This document shows positions 1 through 9,757 of a stretch of 64,000 bases of DNA, piece after piece; positions within the stretch are counted from its first letter, which is position 1, and each line of letters opens with the position of its first letter. The DNA lies in the IMG/VR virus record IMGVR_UViG_3300028797_000093; one strand, 5' to 3'. A model generated the notes under the pieces. That model was not told where the DNA came from, searched no databases, and was given only the letters and a program-made list of their open reading frames with translations. The position numbers and the translations under genes were made by a program. The DNA is from a virus (taxonomy: Duplodnaviria; Caudoviricetes).

Positions 1-468
1 ACATTACCATCACCTGTTAATATAAATAAAACTGTATATAATGAACAAAACTTGAAATCTGATAATGATATGTATACTTTTGGAAATATTAGAGTGTTGT
101 TCCATAATACTATCTATAATGATAGTTTATGTATTACTACTCTAACTTCTTATATTCAAAAATATATAGATTGTATATCAATAGAATATAATAATGAGAG
201 AAAAGCTTATTATATTAAGATTAAAAAAACTACTATGAAGAAACTCTCTAAGTTTGAAAACTCTTCAAATTATTATTATGGAACTATAGATAAAGTATTT
301 AGAGAGTTTATCACAGAGAATCCTAATATTATTATAAATGCTTTCTCTAATTATGGAGAACCTAATCCTTCTAATTTGTATGCTTATCTATATAATAATA
401 TGGATAAGATCATTCTATTATGTAATATAGTTTGCACAGGTAGTAATTATCTGACTATATATCTATAA
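1..468 (+). CDS. Hypothetical protein, 5'-truncated by window edge
   Basis: Frame is open from position 1 (TLPSPVNINK...) into ORF 52..468; ends before a hairpin terminator. Confidence 0.6.
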   Translation, partial: TLPSPVNINKTVYNEQNLKSDNDMYTFGNIRVLFHNTIYNDSLCITTLTSYIQKYIDCISIEYNNERKAYYIKIKKTTMKKLSKFENSSNYYYGTIDKVFREFITENPNIIINAFSNYGEPNPSNLYAYLYNNMDKIILLCNIVCTGSNYLTIYL

Positions 469-471
469 ATA

Positions 472-514
472 AAAATCCCATGTAGTCATAATAGACTACA
501 TGGGATATTCTTTT
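472..514. terminator. Bidirectional intrinsic terminator
   Basis: ATCCCATGTAGTC-loop-GACTACATGGGAT with A/T tracts on both sides, between convergent genes. Similar hairpins separate most transcription units in the window. Confidence 0.8.
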
Positions 515-516
515 AA

Positions 517-1518
517 TTATACGATTAGAGCATTAAGGAAACCGTTGATATATTCCTCATCAACCTTTTCTAGCTTAATGGTATTAACCATCTCCAGGAA
601 GGTATAGAACATAACACACTTACCCATGATCTTATCCATATCTACATGGCCTTCAATGGTATACTTCTCTTTGAGCTGATCATCCTTGAGTACAGACTCA
701 CCAACATTGATGACCATAGATTCTAGTACAGAACGAGGACGATTGCGAATCTTAGCAAGCTGAGACTTAGCAACAATGGTATAAGATTCTTCTAGTTCCT
801 TCATCTCATCTTCAGAAAGATCCTTGTTATCAATCTTCTCTCTCTCAGCATCAATCTTATCAGATGCAGCCTGAGAAAGCTCCTTGATCTTTTCATGATC
901 CTTCTGGTTCTGCTTTACAAACTCCTCGATAGCATCAGCAACTTTCTTGCTAATGACGTTTACGATCTCATCCCTGTCCTTGGTATCGTCAGCAAACTTC
1001 TCAATGACAGTAGTTGAGATCTCATATTCCTTATCCTCAGCAGGATTGAATTTATTCTCTTCCTTAATCTTCTCTGCAGCTTCAATGATAGCATTATAGA
1101 GATTAGACAGATAGGGAGACTTATACTTCATCTTGTTGAGGACATCATATACACCATTCTCATTGATGAAGTCATACACCATAGATCTCATGAAACCTTC
1201 AGAGCTCTTATCCTTCTTATACTCAGCGGGAACAGACTCGCTGAATACAGTGTAAAAAGACTCAGCCATGAACATCTTGTAGGTGTCATCAATGAAGTTA
1301 GTATATCTATTATAATTATTATTAAACCTACTCTTGGTATCGAGAACAGACTCAGTATAAACCTTCCTCTGATTCTCAACTGCTTCACTCTTCTTAATAG
1401 TTGAAGCTTCCTTTAGTTCTTTCTCTGTATTTTTTCTATCTTCAATCATATATTTAACAAAGTCACTGTTCTTCATAATCTTGCGAACAGTATAGTTAGA
1501 ATCATTCATTATAATCAA
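517..1518 (-). CDS. Putative virion (head) protein
   Basis: 333 aa; AACA-N6-TA late promoter at 1552-1563; several (I/L/V/F)xE-(A/S) motifs typical of prohead-protease substrates. Confidence 0.5.
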   Translation of the reverse strand: MIIMNDSNYTVRKIMKNSDFVKYMIEDRKNTEKELKEASTIKKSEAVENQRKVYTESVLDTKSRFNNNYNRYTNFIDDTYKMFMAESFYTVFSESVPAEYKKDKSSEGFMRSMVYDFINENGVYDVLNKMKYKSPYLSNLYNAIIEAAEKIKEENKFNPAEDKEYEISTTVIEKFADDTKDRDEIVNVISKKVADAIEEFVKQNQKDHEKIKELSQAASDKIDAEREKIDNKDLSEDEMKELEESYTIVAKSQLAKIRNRPRSVLESMVINVGESVLKDDQLKEKYTIEGHVDMDKIMGKCVMFYTFLEMVNTIKLEKVDEEYINGFLNALIV

Positions 1519-1551
1519 AATCCTCCTAAACAGTTTAGTCTAGATAAATAT

Positions 1552-1563
1552 TATTATTATGTT
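1552..1563 (-). promoter_or_regulatory. Late promoter, AR9-type AACA-N6-TA
   Basis: AACATAATAATA on minus strand upstream of 517..1518. Confidence 0.65.
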
Positions 1564-1568
1564 TTATA

Positions 1569-4500
1569 TTAAACCACATTGATCACAATGTCAGGTTCAA
1601 TACTACTGGAATTTCCAGAAATAATTGTGCTATTATTTACATTTACAAATTCTGGAGTATGCTCTGAGACATAGTACGAAGAGTCATCTTCTTGTGTATT
1701 ATAGATGTGTTTCCAAGTAGTATGTCCATTAACAGAAACAAACTCAAAGTATTCAATACTATCAGGATATTTATTAGAGATATAATTGGTGATATTAACC
1801 ATATGGATATCCTGGATCTTAGTAATATCCTCAATATAATCTTTAATATCCTTAGTGATCATAGAAAGAATATTGTTATCATAGTTACTGGTAAGAGATA
1901 GATTGAATTCAAGAGTGAGATTAACCTTATTGATCTTACCAGTACCATTAGAATTAATACTATATAGATAACTAGGTCCATAAGTATTGAAGAATTTAAA
2001 GTCTACACTAAAGTTATCTTCAATAACAGATGTACAATATTCTAGATAGTTCTTTTCACTAATGATCTTATTTAGAAATTCTAGAGCTATATCCTCGTTT
2101 GTAATATACCCATGTCTGATACATGGAATCTCATCAAGAATATAATAGAATCTCTCTTGTGTCATCATATCAGCTTTATTTACATAATAAATTGAATTAG
2201 TAGGAGATGTAGTCTTTACCATACATACATCATTTACATCATCATAAATAACTGCATATCCATTAGGTAACTCTTCAGAACTATAGTCACGAGTAAGAGT
2301 ACCAATAGAATATGTAAGATCTAAGAAATTACTATTAATACTAAGATCTGCATACTTCACATATCCAGTTGTACCACTATCATCAATAGTGTATACTAGA
2401 GTAGAAGCATCAATAGTATCAGTATCAAAAGATGCTATTACAGGAGTAGTAGCTGCAGTAGTTCCAGCAGATATTGTGCAAGCCTTATCACTATAATAAG
2501 TTTTACCACTTACAATTTGGTACATAGTTCTTATAGTAACATCAGCAGGTTTAATATAATATTTTGTCGGAACATCACCAACCACTAAAGTTATATAGTA
2601 CTTATCATCACTATCAATAAATACCTGAGTAGTCTCAGTTAGAGTATCAATACTAGTTGTATAAGAAGAATCTGCATAATATGTAGTACCAGATTCAGCA
2701 AAGAAATATGGGGCACCATAATACCTAGTTCCAATAGGAACCTTATAAATATTAGGCTTACTGGTATCTCTTTCAGCAATAGCTTTAGAGTTAATCAATG
2801 GTGAGAAATTGAAAAATAGATCTAATCCATCATTGATAAAATAAGTATTTGCCATAATATATTTACTTAGTGTAGGAACTACCTCAATTAGATCTTGAGT
2901 AGTTTCTTCGGTACCAACAGCACTGGATGCAAAAGCGAATACTATCTCTGCTTTGATATTATTATCAAAGTATTGTCCATACTTACGTCCATCTGTTGCT
3001 ACATAGAGTTCTTTATCTGTAATATTTAATCTATTCTCTTCATTTACCTGATTATCAGTTTCTAGTTTAAACTCATAAGTGAATATAAAATCATTTTCAT
3101 TGTAGTTTACTAGATTACCAAATGTATATCTACTTGGATTTGTATCTTCATAATTATCATACATCCAGAGAATACACTTAATCTTAGAATCTACAATCTT
3201 ATCACCATACATACTAATCAATTCAGTATCTTCTTCTACATTAAGTTTAGCCTTAACTGTAATAGTATATATATTCTTATTTACAGTATAGGATCTATTA
3301 ATAATTACAGAAGAAGCAATGAACTGATAGACTGCATTTTCATTAATATAATTAAAGTTAAGAGACTTCTCTATATTGAATGAAGAAAGTTTATAATAAG
3401 CAATCAGAGGATTCTTATTAATAGTGATATCATAAGGACACTCATAATAAAATAGACTTGTATCTTTTTCTATATTCATAGAACTTAGATGAAGTCTAGT
3501 AGTTAGAGTATCAGCAGGAGATGGAGAAGCTGATACTAAAGTGATACCAAAATCATCCAAATTACAAAATTGATTAATACCATTCAATGTTGCACGCCAG
3601 AGAGTAAAAGCAATTTCAATAGTATCTCCTTCTTTAAGCTGCCTATTGACACCAACTTCTACATCTTCTTGAGCAACATAATATCTATTTTCATTATAAT
3701 CAAAATAATAAGAACTGCCGTCTCTTACTAGTTTAAAATCATCAATGGTCTTACCATTTTCATCACATACATTAGCAATAGCATTACTAACAGGAGTTGT
3801 ACAAGATATATTCGAATACAACTGTTTGCCAGTAGAAACTTGATAATCATCTATATTAATAGATAAACCTATCTCAGTTAGAAGAGTACTATTAGGATCT
3901 CCTGTTGCATAGGTATATTCTTCACCAGATTGTAGATCTACCCATGTAGAAGAACCTATATTAACACCATCTATATCAGATACTTCAGTACATCTATACT
4001 TATAAGTACCTTCATTGAATTGAATGACTACAGGGTTATTGGTACTGTCTATTACATAAATAGATTTAAAAAATGTTCTACGGCTAATGGACACATCATC
4101 TGCAATGATACCACCACCGTTTAGATTATTTTCTGTATATTTTAATAGATAATAATTTTCATTATCAATATGATTGATAAAATCATTATTATTAGGAGAA
4201 TAATCTGGATCTGAAGATAAGTATGTAAATACTATATCATCGGTATAATCATTAACAGCTTCTCTATACTTATTGGTATTAATGATAATATCATCAATAA
4301 AGAATGCTGTAGTGCTTCTATCTATATAAGCATAGTTAGTATTATAAGAGAATGTTGTAAATAATCTATTACCAATTACATAGGCACCACCACTTAGAGT
4401 AATACCATAATTAGTAAGATTTACTCCAACATAATCAAGACACCATCCAGTAGATACAACTGCTTCTACTGTAATTGTATTATCATTATGGGGAGTACCA

Positions 4501-6470
4501 ACAAAAGATACACCATAATCAGCTAAATCTACCATAGATGTAGAATTTAATAGCCAATTATTTATAGAAGTATCATATTTGAATACAAATGTTTGAGTAG
4601 GATTACCATCATTAAGATCAAGTCTACGTCCTAGAATAGACTCGTTAACACTTACACTGATTATATCGCTAGCATTCTTAGTTACAGTAGTAGAAGTTAC
4701 AAATTTAGTATATAGGAAATTATAAGTTCCTTCAATACTATCTACTGCTTCCTTAAAGGTTTTATTATTAACCTTATAGGTTACACCAGTAGGAAGATAT
4801 GCATTAATAGCAGCATTATATGCATAATTATAGTGTACTACAAGAGTTTCAGATATACCTGTATAAAAAATACCAATATCTTCTAGAGAAGATATATCAG
4901 ATAGAGCAGATGTATAAGTAGAATCTGTTCCATAAAATTTCCATGTACTGCTTACTTTCTTGATATAGTATACACCAGATTTATAATCTGGAATAGTATG
5001 ATTACTTAAAGTATCAATACTGCTACCAAATAGATCTGGATCTACATAATCATCAATAATTTCACCATTAGTAACAGGATGTTCTGGATCTGTGTCATCA
5101 AATTCATATTCTATAATATTATTTTTATTAACAGTAACTGTCTTACCATCAGGAGCTACGTTGGTTCCACTTTCATGCACATTAAATCCAATAGTATTTG
5201 TAGGGATAATATTAGATAGACTATTTTTCATAAGAAGATATGTATAATACAGTCTTTCAAACTGATTATCTCTCTTCTTATAAGTATAAATCTGAGCCTC
5301 ATCATTGTTAATCTGATTGAAGAAATTCTTCAAGTCAGTTAGTGATGTAATACTATTTCTTGCCAATTCTTCTTTAGCAATAATAGTACGAAGTTCTTTA
5401 ATAGACTTTTTATCAAGACCACCACTAGCTTCAGTTGTTACTGGAATAACTTGACAACTAATAGCACTATATCCATCAAATGTACCATCAGACTTCATTA
5501 GACCATAGCTAGTAGAGTCAAATACAAATCTAGGATAACTGGAGTCATTCCAATAGAAGTTACCAGAGTATCCTTGAGAAGTTTGTAGATTGATATAGAT
5601 TTGATCGTTGATATTAGGCTGATAGATACTATCAACAAACTTACAACGAATAAAGTTAGTATTCATAAACTGATAGTACAGATAATACTTCTCATCTGTA
5701 GCTATACCATCATATACAGGAACTAGTCTAAGGTTAGTTCCATCTGCTTTAACTATATCAACAGTAAACCCAGCAAGCTGAGAGCTGTAGTCGAATGAGA
5801 ATACCTTAGACTCAATGATATTATTTGTAACGATTTTCTTATTAATAATATATCTCTCTACCTGTCTAATGGGAACCTGAATATAGAGAATCTTCAGCTC
5901 ACTACTTCTGATAATAGAAGGAGGAGAGAGATAGATATTTGTATCTGCTACATTGGAGATAGGATTCTTTTTCTTATTATCATTAGAATCAGATTCAATA
6001 TAATACTGAGCAGAATAAGCATATCTAGGCTGTCCTGTAGCAGTAATACTATTGAGCTTAGTCTTAGTAATAAGAATATTATAATCTGGATGAAATTCGA
6101 AATCTCCAAAAAAGATTTTATTATTAGAATCAAATACAAACTTCTGGCTATTCTCTGAAGTTTCAGGGAATAGTTCTGCTTCATTGAAAGCCATCAACAC
6201 AGACATAGTTGATGGGATTGCATAGACATTCTTAATACCTGCAGTAAAGGCATGAGCAATAATATTCTTTTCATATTTTGCTTTAATACCAATACCTTCA
6301 TTAGAAGTCTCTGCAGACATAACAATATTATTCTGAGTGGTTTTTGTAAATACATCACTCAAATATCCAAAAATACCAAGAATAAGAGTAGACTCATCTT
6401 CTGGTATATAATCTTTTTTAATCTGATTTATATAATCAGCAATATCATAAGTATCAGAACTCAGTGGCAT
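1569..6470 (-). CDS. Baseplate wedge protein (T4 gp6-like) with large internal insertions
   Basis: 1633 aa; N-terminus (LILGIFGYL...AKYEKNII...SQGYSGNF...SGGLDK...DLKNFF) resembles jumbo-phage baseplate wedge proteins; C-terminal wedge-like segment; internal Thr/Ser/Tyr-rich repeats. Confidence 0.65.
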   Translation of the reverse strand: MPLSSDTYDIADYINQIKKDYIPEDESTLILGIFGYLSDVFTKTTQNNIVMSAETSNEGIGIKAKYEKNIIAHAFTAGIKNVYAIPSTMSVLMAFNEAELFPETSENSQKFVFDSNNKIFFGDFEFHPDYNILITKTKLNSITATGQPRYAYSAQYYIESDSNDNKKKNPISNVADTNIYLSPPSIIRSSELKILYIQVPIRQVERYIINKKIVTNNIIESKVFSFDYSSQLAGFTVDIVKADGTNLRLVPVYDGIATDEKYYLYYQFMNTNFIRCKFVDSIYQPNINDQIYINLQTSQGYSGNFYWNDSSYPRFVFDSTSYGLMKSDGTFDGYSAISCQVIPVTTEASGGLDKKSIKELRTIIAKEELARNSITSLTDLKNFFNQINNDEAQIYTYKKRDNQFERLYYTYLLMKNSLSNIIPTNTIGFNVHESGTNVAPDGKTVTVNKNNIIEYEFDDTDPEHPVTNGEIIDDYVDPDLFGSSIDTLSNHTIPDYKSGVYYIKKVSSTWKFYGTDSTYTSALSDISSLEDIGIFYTGISETLVVHYNYAYNAAINAYLPTGVTYKVNNKTFKEAVDSIEGTYNFLYTKFVTSTTVTKNASDIISVSVNESILGRRLDLNDGNPTQTFVFKYDTSINNWLLNSTSMVDLADYGVSFVGTPHNDNTITVEAVVSTGWCLDYVGVNLTNYGITLSGGAYVIGNRLFTTFSYNTNYAYIDRSTTAFFIDDIIINTNKYREAVNDYTDDIVFTYLSSDPDYSPNNNDFINHIDNENYYLLKYTENNLNGGGIIADDVSISRRTFFKSIYVIDSTNNPVVIQFNEGTYKYRCTEVSDIDGVNIGSSTWVDLQSGEEYTYATGDPNSTLLTEIGLSINIDDYQVSTGKQLYSNISCTTPVSNAIANVCDENGKTIDDFKLVRDGSSYYFDYNENRYYVAQEDVEVGVNRQLKEGDTIEIAFTLWRATLNGINQFCNLDDFGITLVSASPSPADTLTTRLHLSSMNIEKDTSLFYYECPYDITINKNPLIAYYKLSSFNIEKSLNFNYINENAVYQFIASSVIINRSYTVNKNIYTITVKAKLNVEEDTELISMYGDKIVDSKIKCILWMYDNYEDTNPSRYTFGNLVNYNENDFIFTYEFKLETDNQVNEENRLNITDKELYVATDGRKYGQYFDNNIKAEIVFAFASSAVGTEETTQDLIEVVPTLSKYIMANTYFINDGLDLFFNFSPLINSKAIAERDTSKPNIYKVPIGTRYYGAPYFFAESGTTYYADSSYTTSIDTLTETTQVFIDSDDKYYITLVVGDVPTKYYIKPADVTIRTMYQIVSGKTYYSDKACTISAGTTAATTPVIASFDTDTIDASTLVYTIDDSGTTGYVKYADLSINSNFLDLTYSIGTLTRDYSSEELPNGYAVIYDDVNDVCMVKTTSPTNSIYYVNKADMMTQERFYYILDEIPCIRHGYITNEDIALEFLNKIISEKNYLEYCTSVIEDNFSVDFKFFNTYGPSYLYSINSNGTGKINKVNLTLEFNLSLTSNYDNNILSMITKDIKDYIEDITKIQDIHMVNITNYISNKYPDSIEYFEFVSVNGHTTWKHIYNTQEDDSSYYVSEHTPEFVNVNNSTIISGNSSSIEPDIVINVV

Positions 6471-6499
6471 GTGTTTATCTCACAACCTTTCTGCTATTA

Positions 6500-7918
6500 T
6501 TATCTACCACCATTACCATAAGAAGAACTACTACCAGATCCAGAATCATATTTCCATCTAAGAAAATACTTTCTAGGACCACTATTGTTTGTATTGATAT
6601 ATTGAGATCCCTCTGTAATTCTATCCCAATATACATAAGGATATTTAGGCCAATCACCATTAGCATGACCAGCACTACTATCGTATAGCTCACATTCTTT
6701 TAATTTCATTAAATTATTGATACCATTTAGAGGGGAAGCACTTACAGCGTTGAATTCTCTAAGAATATACGGATTCATATCCTCAACTTCAAAGCAACTA
6801 AATTCAACACTCAATCTTCCCTTGGGTTCAGTACTATTCATATCAGAAAACATACTACTAGGTACTGATGTTGGGAATACACCTGTGTATTTTACAAATT
6901 GAGTAATGGTAGTACCATCTTCATCTACAACAATTTTATATATAGAGAATTGATCATGAAGAATCTTTCTCCATACTTGTCTCTGTTTAGGAGATACGAT
7001 ACCTAGATTCTTTAGATTAATATATTCATCATAAATTCTAAAGAACATATAAACTTCATAGAATCTAGTATCTTGGAATTCTAGACTGAATGTAAAGTTT
7101 TTACTACCAGAAGAGCTATCTCTATATCTAATTTTAGTACCATATACGTTACCATTAGTCTCTACATACTCTGCATTTTTGTCAGGTAATGGTAAAGTAC
7201 TGACTAGAGTATTAGATAGAAGTGGAATGAAGTTATTTTTTGTATTATAAGGAAGACTACCCTGGTTTCTATTATTTGCAAGAGATATAGGGTCTCCTTT
7301 TCTTACAGAATGACTCCAACATAGATCTTCTAATACGGCTCTATATCTACTATAAGCATCTGTAAAGAAAGGATAGTTTAACAGACTCTTATTAAGATCT
7401 TGATATGCTCCACTAGTATCACCTTCTGTTGAAGTGAGTATATTAAGATCAGGTTTTGTAAAGAATACATACTCTCTTGTAACTGTTGGAATATTATATG
7501 GGTCAATAATACTATAACCAAATCTATTAAAGTTATTGTATAGACCCTTTTCTATATAGTTTCTAGAATAAATACCTCTGGATCTCAATAGAGATTCCAT
7601 TTCAGTATTTTTACTACCAGTATTAGCATTAACTATATCTTTTACTTCAGGTGAATTTTTAATAGGAGCTACTGTATCAAATAGCTCACTGTCACTTCTA
7701 TATCTAGAATTTACATTTTTCTTTTTTATAGCAGAAGTAGAATCCTGTTCTCTATTTCTTCTTAATATTTCTTGTTTAACTCTCTGAATAGGATCAGTCT
7801 GCTGTTTAATAAGAGCAGCACTAATTTTCTTACCTATATTATCATAAGGATTATTTGCCATATTATATATTACAAACCTCCCATCTGTATGAGGATATTG
7901 TTTTACTTCTATGTTCAA
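6500..7918 (-). CDS. Virion structural protein, probably tail-tube-like baseplate component
   Basis: YVFFTKPDLNI motif and C-terminal beta-rich segment (KYTGVFPTSVP...LSVEFS); directly upstream of baseplate wedge. Confidence 0.5.
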   Translation of the reverse strand: MNIEVKQYPHTDGRFVIYNMANNPYDNIGKKISAALIKQQTDPIQRVKQEILRRNREQDSTSAIKKKNVNSRYRSDSELFDTVAPIKNSPEVKDIVNANTGSKNTEMESLLRSRGIYSRNYIEKGLYNNFNRFGYSIIDPYNIPTVTREYVFFTKPDLNILTSTEGDTSGAYQDLNKSLLNYPFFTDAYSRYRAVLEDLCWSHSVRKGDPISLANNRNQGSLPYNTKNNFIPLLSNTLVSTLPLPDKNAEYVETNGNVYGTKIRYRDSSSGSKNFTFSLEFQDTRFYEVYMFFRIYDEYINLKNLGIVSPKQRQVWRKILHDQFSIYKIVVDEDGTTITQFVKYTGVFPTSVPSSMFSDMNSTEPKGRLSVEFSCFEVEDMNPYILREFNAVSASPLNGINNLMKLKECELYDSSAGHANGDWPKYPYVYWDRITEGSQYINTNNSGPRKYFLRWKYDSGSGSSSSYGNGGR

Positions 7919-7974
7919 GAGGATACTTTTTACTTGGAAATGATTTAAAATATTATTGATTGTATATAATATAA

Positions 7975-8229
7975 TTGAATCCTGTTATTATTCTTCCATC
8001 CACTAATTTGTTTTTACAACAAAAATTTAATGTAATGAAAGGAATAATAAGTATGGATTTTAAACTAGCAATAAAAATATTCTTTGCAGCGGTTCCTATT
8101 ATAAAAGATATAACAGCGTTTATAAGAAACAAATCAGAGGAGAGAGTTATGGAGAAATCCATAGCTCTTAAAGTTCTTCAAAATCAAAAAGAAGAATTGA
8201 TAGATCCTCTGTATATAGTAGAAGAGTAA
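7975..8229 (+). CDS. Hypothetical protein (real start probably the internal MDFK)
   Basis: ORF with SD-like AAGGA before internal ATG; early-type promoter upstream. Confidence 0.45.
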   Translation: MNPVIILPSTNLFLQQKFNVMKGIISMDFKLAIKIFFAAVPIIKDITAFIRNKSEERVMEKSIALKVLQNQKEELIDPLYIVEE

Positions 8230-8253
8230 ATTAAAGAAAGGAGTTTATATAAA

Positions 8254-8514
8254 ATGCCTGCAGCAAGAGAAGAGAAAAATGCGCATTACAGAGTTGTTGA
8301 ACAGAGAATTATGATGGCTAGAGCCCTTGAGCATTTCATCGGTTCTAAAGAATTTGAAGATTTTGTATCAGACACCGTATCAGACACCTATCAGAAAGAT
8401 CCTTTTTATTATGCTATGGGAATTACATCTGATGATCTTCTTCAGGAAATTAAGACTGGAGTTACGATCTGTATCGAACAGCTCAAAGATCAGGTAAAAG
8501 GATATTTGGTATAA
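8254..8514 (+). CDS. Hypothetical protein, paralog of 8552..8881
   Basis: AAGGAG SD; C-terminal LKDQVKGYL matches LEEQVKDYL in the next ORF. Confidence 0.65.
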   Translation: MPAAREEKNAHYRVVEQRIMMARALEHFIGSKEFEDFVSDTVSDTYQKDPFYYAMGITSDDLLQEIKTGVTICIEQLKDQVKGYLV

Positions 8515-8551
8515 ATATATAGGAGAAGATTAATTGGAAGGATAATAGTGA

Positions 8552-8881
8552 ATGGCTTCTATTAGCGAACAAAGAGACAATAATTACACTCATATTGAAG
8601 ATACTATTAAAACTATTATAGCACTTAAGAGAATGTATAATAGTGATAATGTAAAAGACTTTGTAGTTAATTTCTGTTCTACACATCATCTACTTGATAG
8701 TATAGGTGTAGAATCTTATAATTTAACTGATGAAGTTAATATAGCTATATATAATAGGATAAAACTTCTTGAGGAACAAGTTAAAGATTATCTCAAAGTA
8801 GATAATCTCAAAGAATCTAAAGATAGTCAAGTAGGTTATTCTGATTATTATCCTAACTCTTATACTGATCTTAAGTTTTAA
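8552..8881 (+). CDS. Hypothetical protein, paralog of 8254..8514
   Basis: Shared DFV...QVKxYL pattern; followed by terminator 8886-8922. Confidence 0.65.
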   Translation: MASISEQRDNNYTHIEDTIKTIIALKRMYNSDNVKDFVVNFCSTHHLLDSIGVESYNLTDEVNIAIYNRIKLLEEQVKDYLKVDNLKESKDSQVGYSDYYPNSYTDLKF

Positions 8882-8928
8882 TAATATAGGAGAAGTCGTA
8901 ACTGACTTCTCCTATTATTTTTTCTCGT

Positions 8929-9016
8929 TTGTAAAAGTTAATATTTTAGATTATATATTATAGATATGAATAGGTAGTATAATCTATCCTATATCTCACT
9001 ATAGAAAGTGAGGTGA
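8929..9016 (+). promoter_or_regulatory. Early-type promoter plus structured leader (cassette copy 1)
   Basis: TTGTAAAAG...TATATATTATAGATATGAATA, also seen at 26202, 26874 and 56540(-); CTCACT/AGTGAG hairpin overlaps the SD. Confidence 0.6.
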
Positions 9017-9020
9017 AATA

Positions 9021-9209
9021 ATGCCTCAGCGTATGTCTCTATCCCATAGTTGGGATCAGTACATGAAACGTACTGATCCATACTGGGAAAACAAAGAGAA
9101 CTACAGAGTTCAGCAAGAATATATTAAAATGCTTCTTACTGAACCCGTAGTTCACCCATCATCAGTCGTCAAAGGTATAGAACCTGACGACGGGTCTATG
9201 GATGTGTAA
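9021..9209 (+). CDS. Small protein of 4-copy paralog family (SLSxxWD...ENYRVQQEY...SMDV)
   Basis: GAGGTG SD; clear similarity to 26310..26492, 26983..27165 and 56252..56425. Confidence 0.75.
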   Translation: MPQRMSLSHSWDQYMKRTDPYWENKENYRVQQEYIKMLLTEPVVHPSSVVKGIEPDDGSMDV

Positions 9210-9323
9210 GATCCAAGACCACCAAAGGATGACAGACCCGCACCTGTCATTCTTATTATAATGTATTCAAAAATTAAAAATAAAAAGAGAAGGATACTCT
9301 TAAAACCAGAAAGGACAAAACAC

Positions 9324-9599
9324 ATGAAGAACATTATGGAGTACGTAAATGATCTCTGCCGCTTCTATAAGAAGTGGTGGAAGCTGATCCTGAAGATGAT
9401 GGTTGTCTGTGCAGCCATCGAAGCCGGGATCATCGCCATCTATATGTATGGCGACAAGATCCATCAATTCCTGGTTAGGTCCCAGGAAAAGCTCGGCGAC
9501 CTGATCTTCGGCAAGCCTGAGATCATGGAGGATGCTGGTGGTCTGGCCCCTGAGATTGAAGAAGGTGATGATGACAATTCTGTCATAGCTTCCTTCTGA
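9324..9599 (+). CDS. GC-rich small membrane protein (cassette cargo)
   Basis: ATG at 9324 after AAAGGA; hydrophobic segment LILKMMVVCAAIEAGIIAIYMYG; acidic tail; followed by terminator. Confidence 0.65.
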   Translation: MKNIMEYVNDLCRFYKKWWKLILKMMVVCAAIEAGIIAIYMYGDKIHQFLVRSQEKLGDLIFGKPEIMEDAGGLAPEIEEGDDDNSVIASF

Positions 9600-9698
9600 T
9601 GGAAAATGAGGAGATGGGTGGTAAAACATCCATCTCCCTTCCCTTCAGTTCAGTGTTTATTTTTACTCATTGCAATCTTAATGTGTTTATTTTTTGCC

Positions 9699-9710
9699 AA
9701 CATAATGATA
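9699..9710 (+). promoter_or_regulatory. Late promoter AACA-N6-TA
   Basis: AACATAATGATA upstream of the 9758 operon. Confidence 0.65.
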
Positions 9711-9757
9711 ATTAATCGCATTTAAATAAATCCACTTAAGGAGGATGTTTACATATC

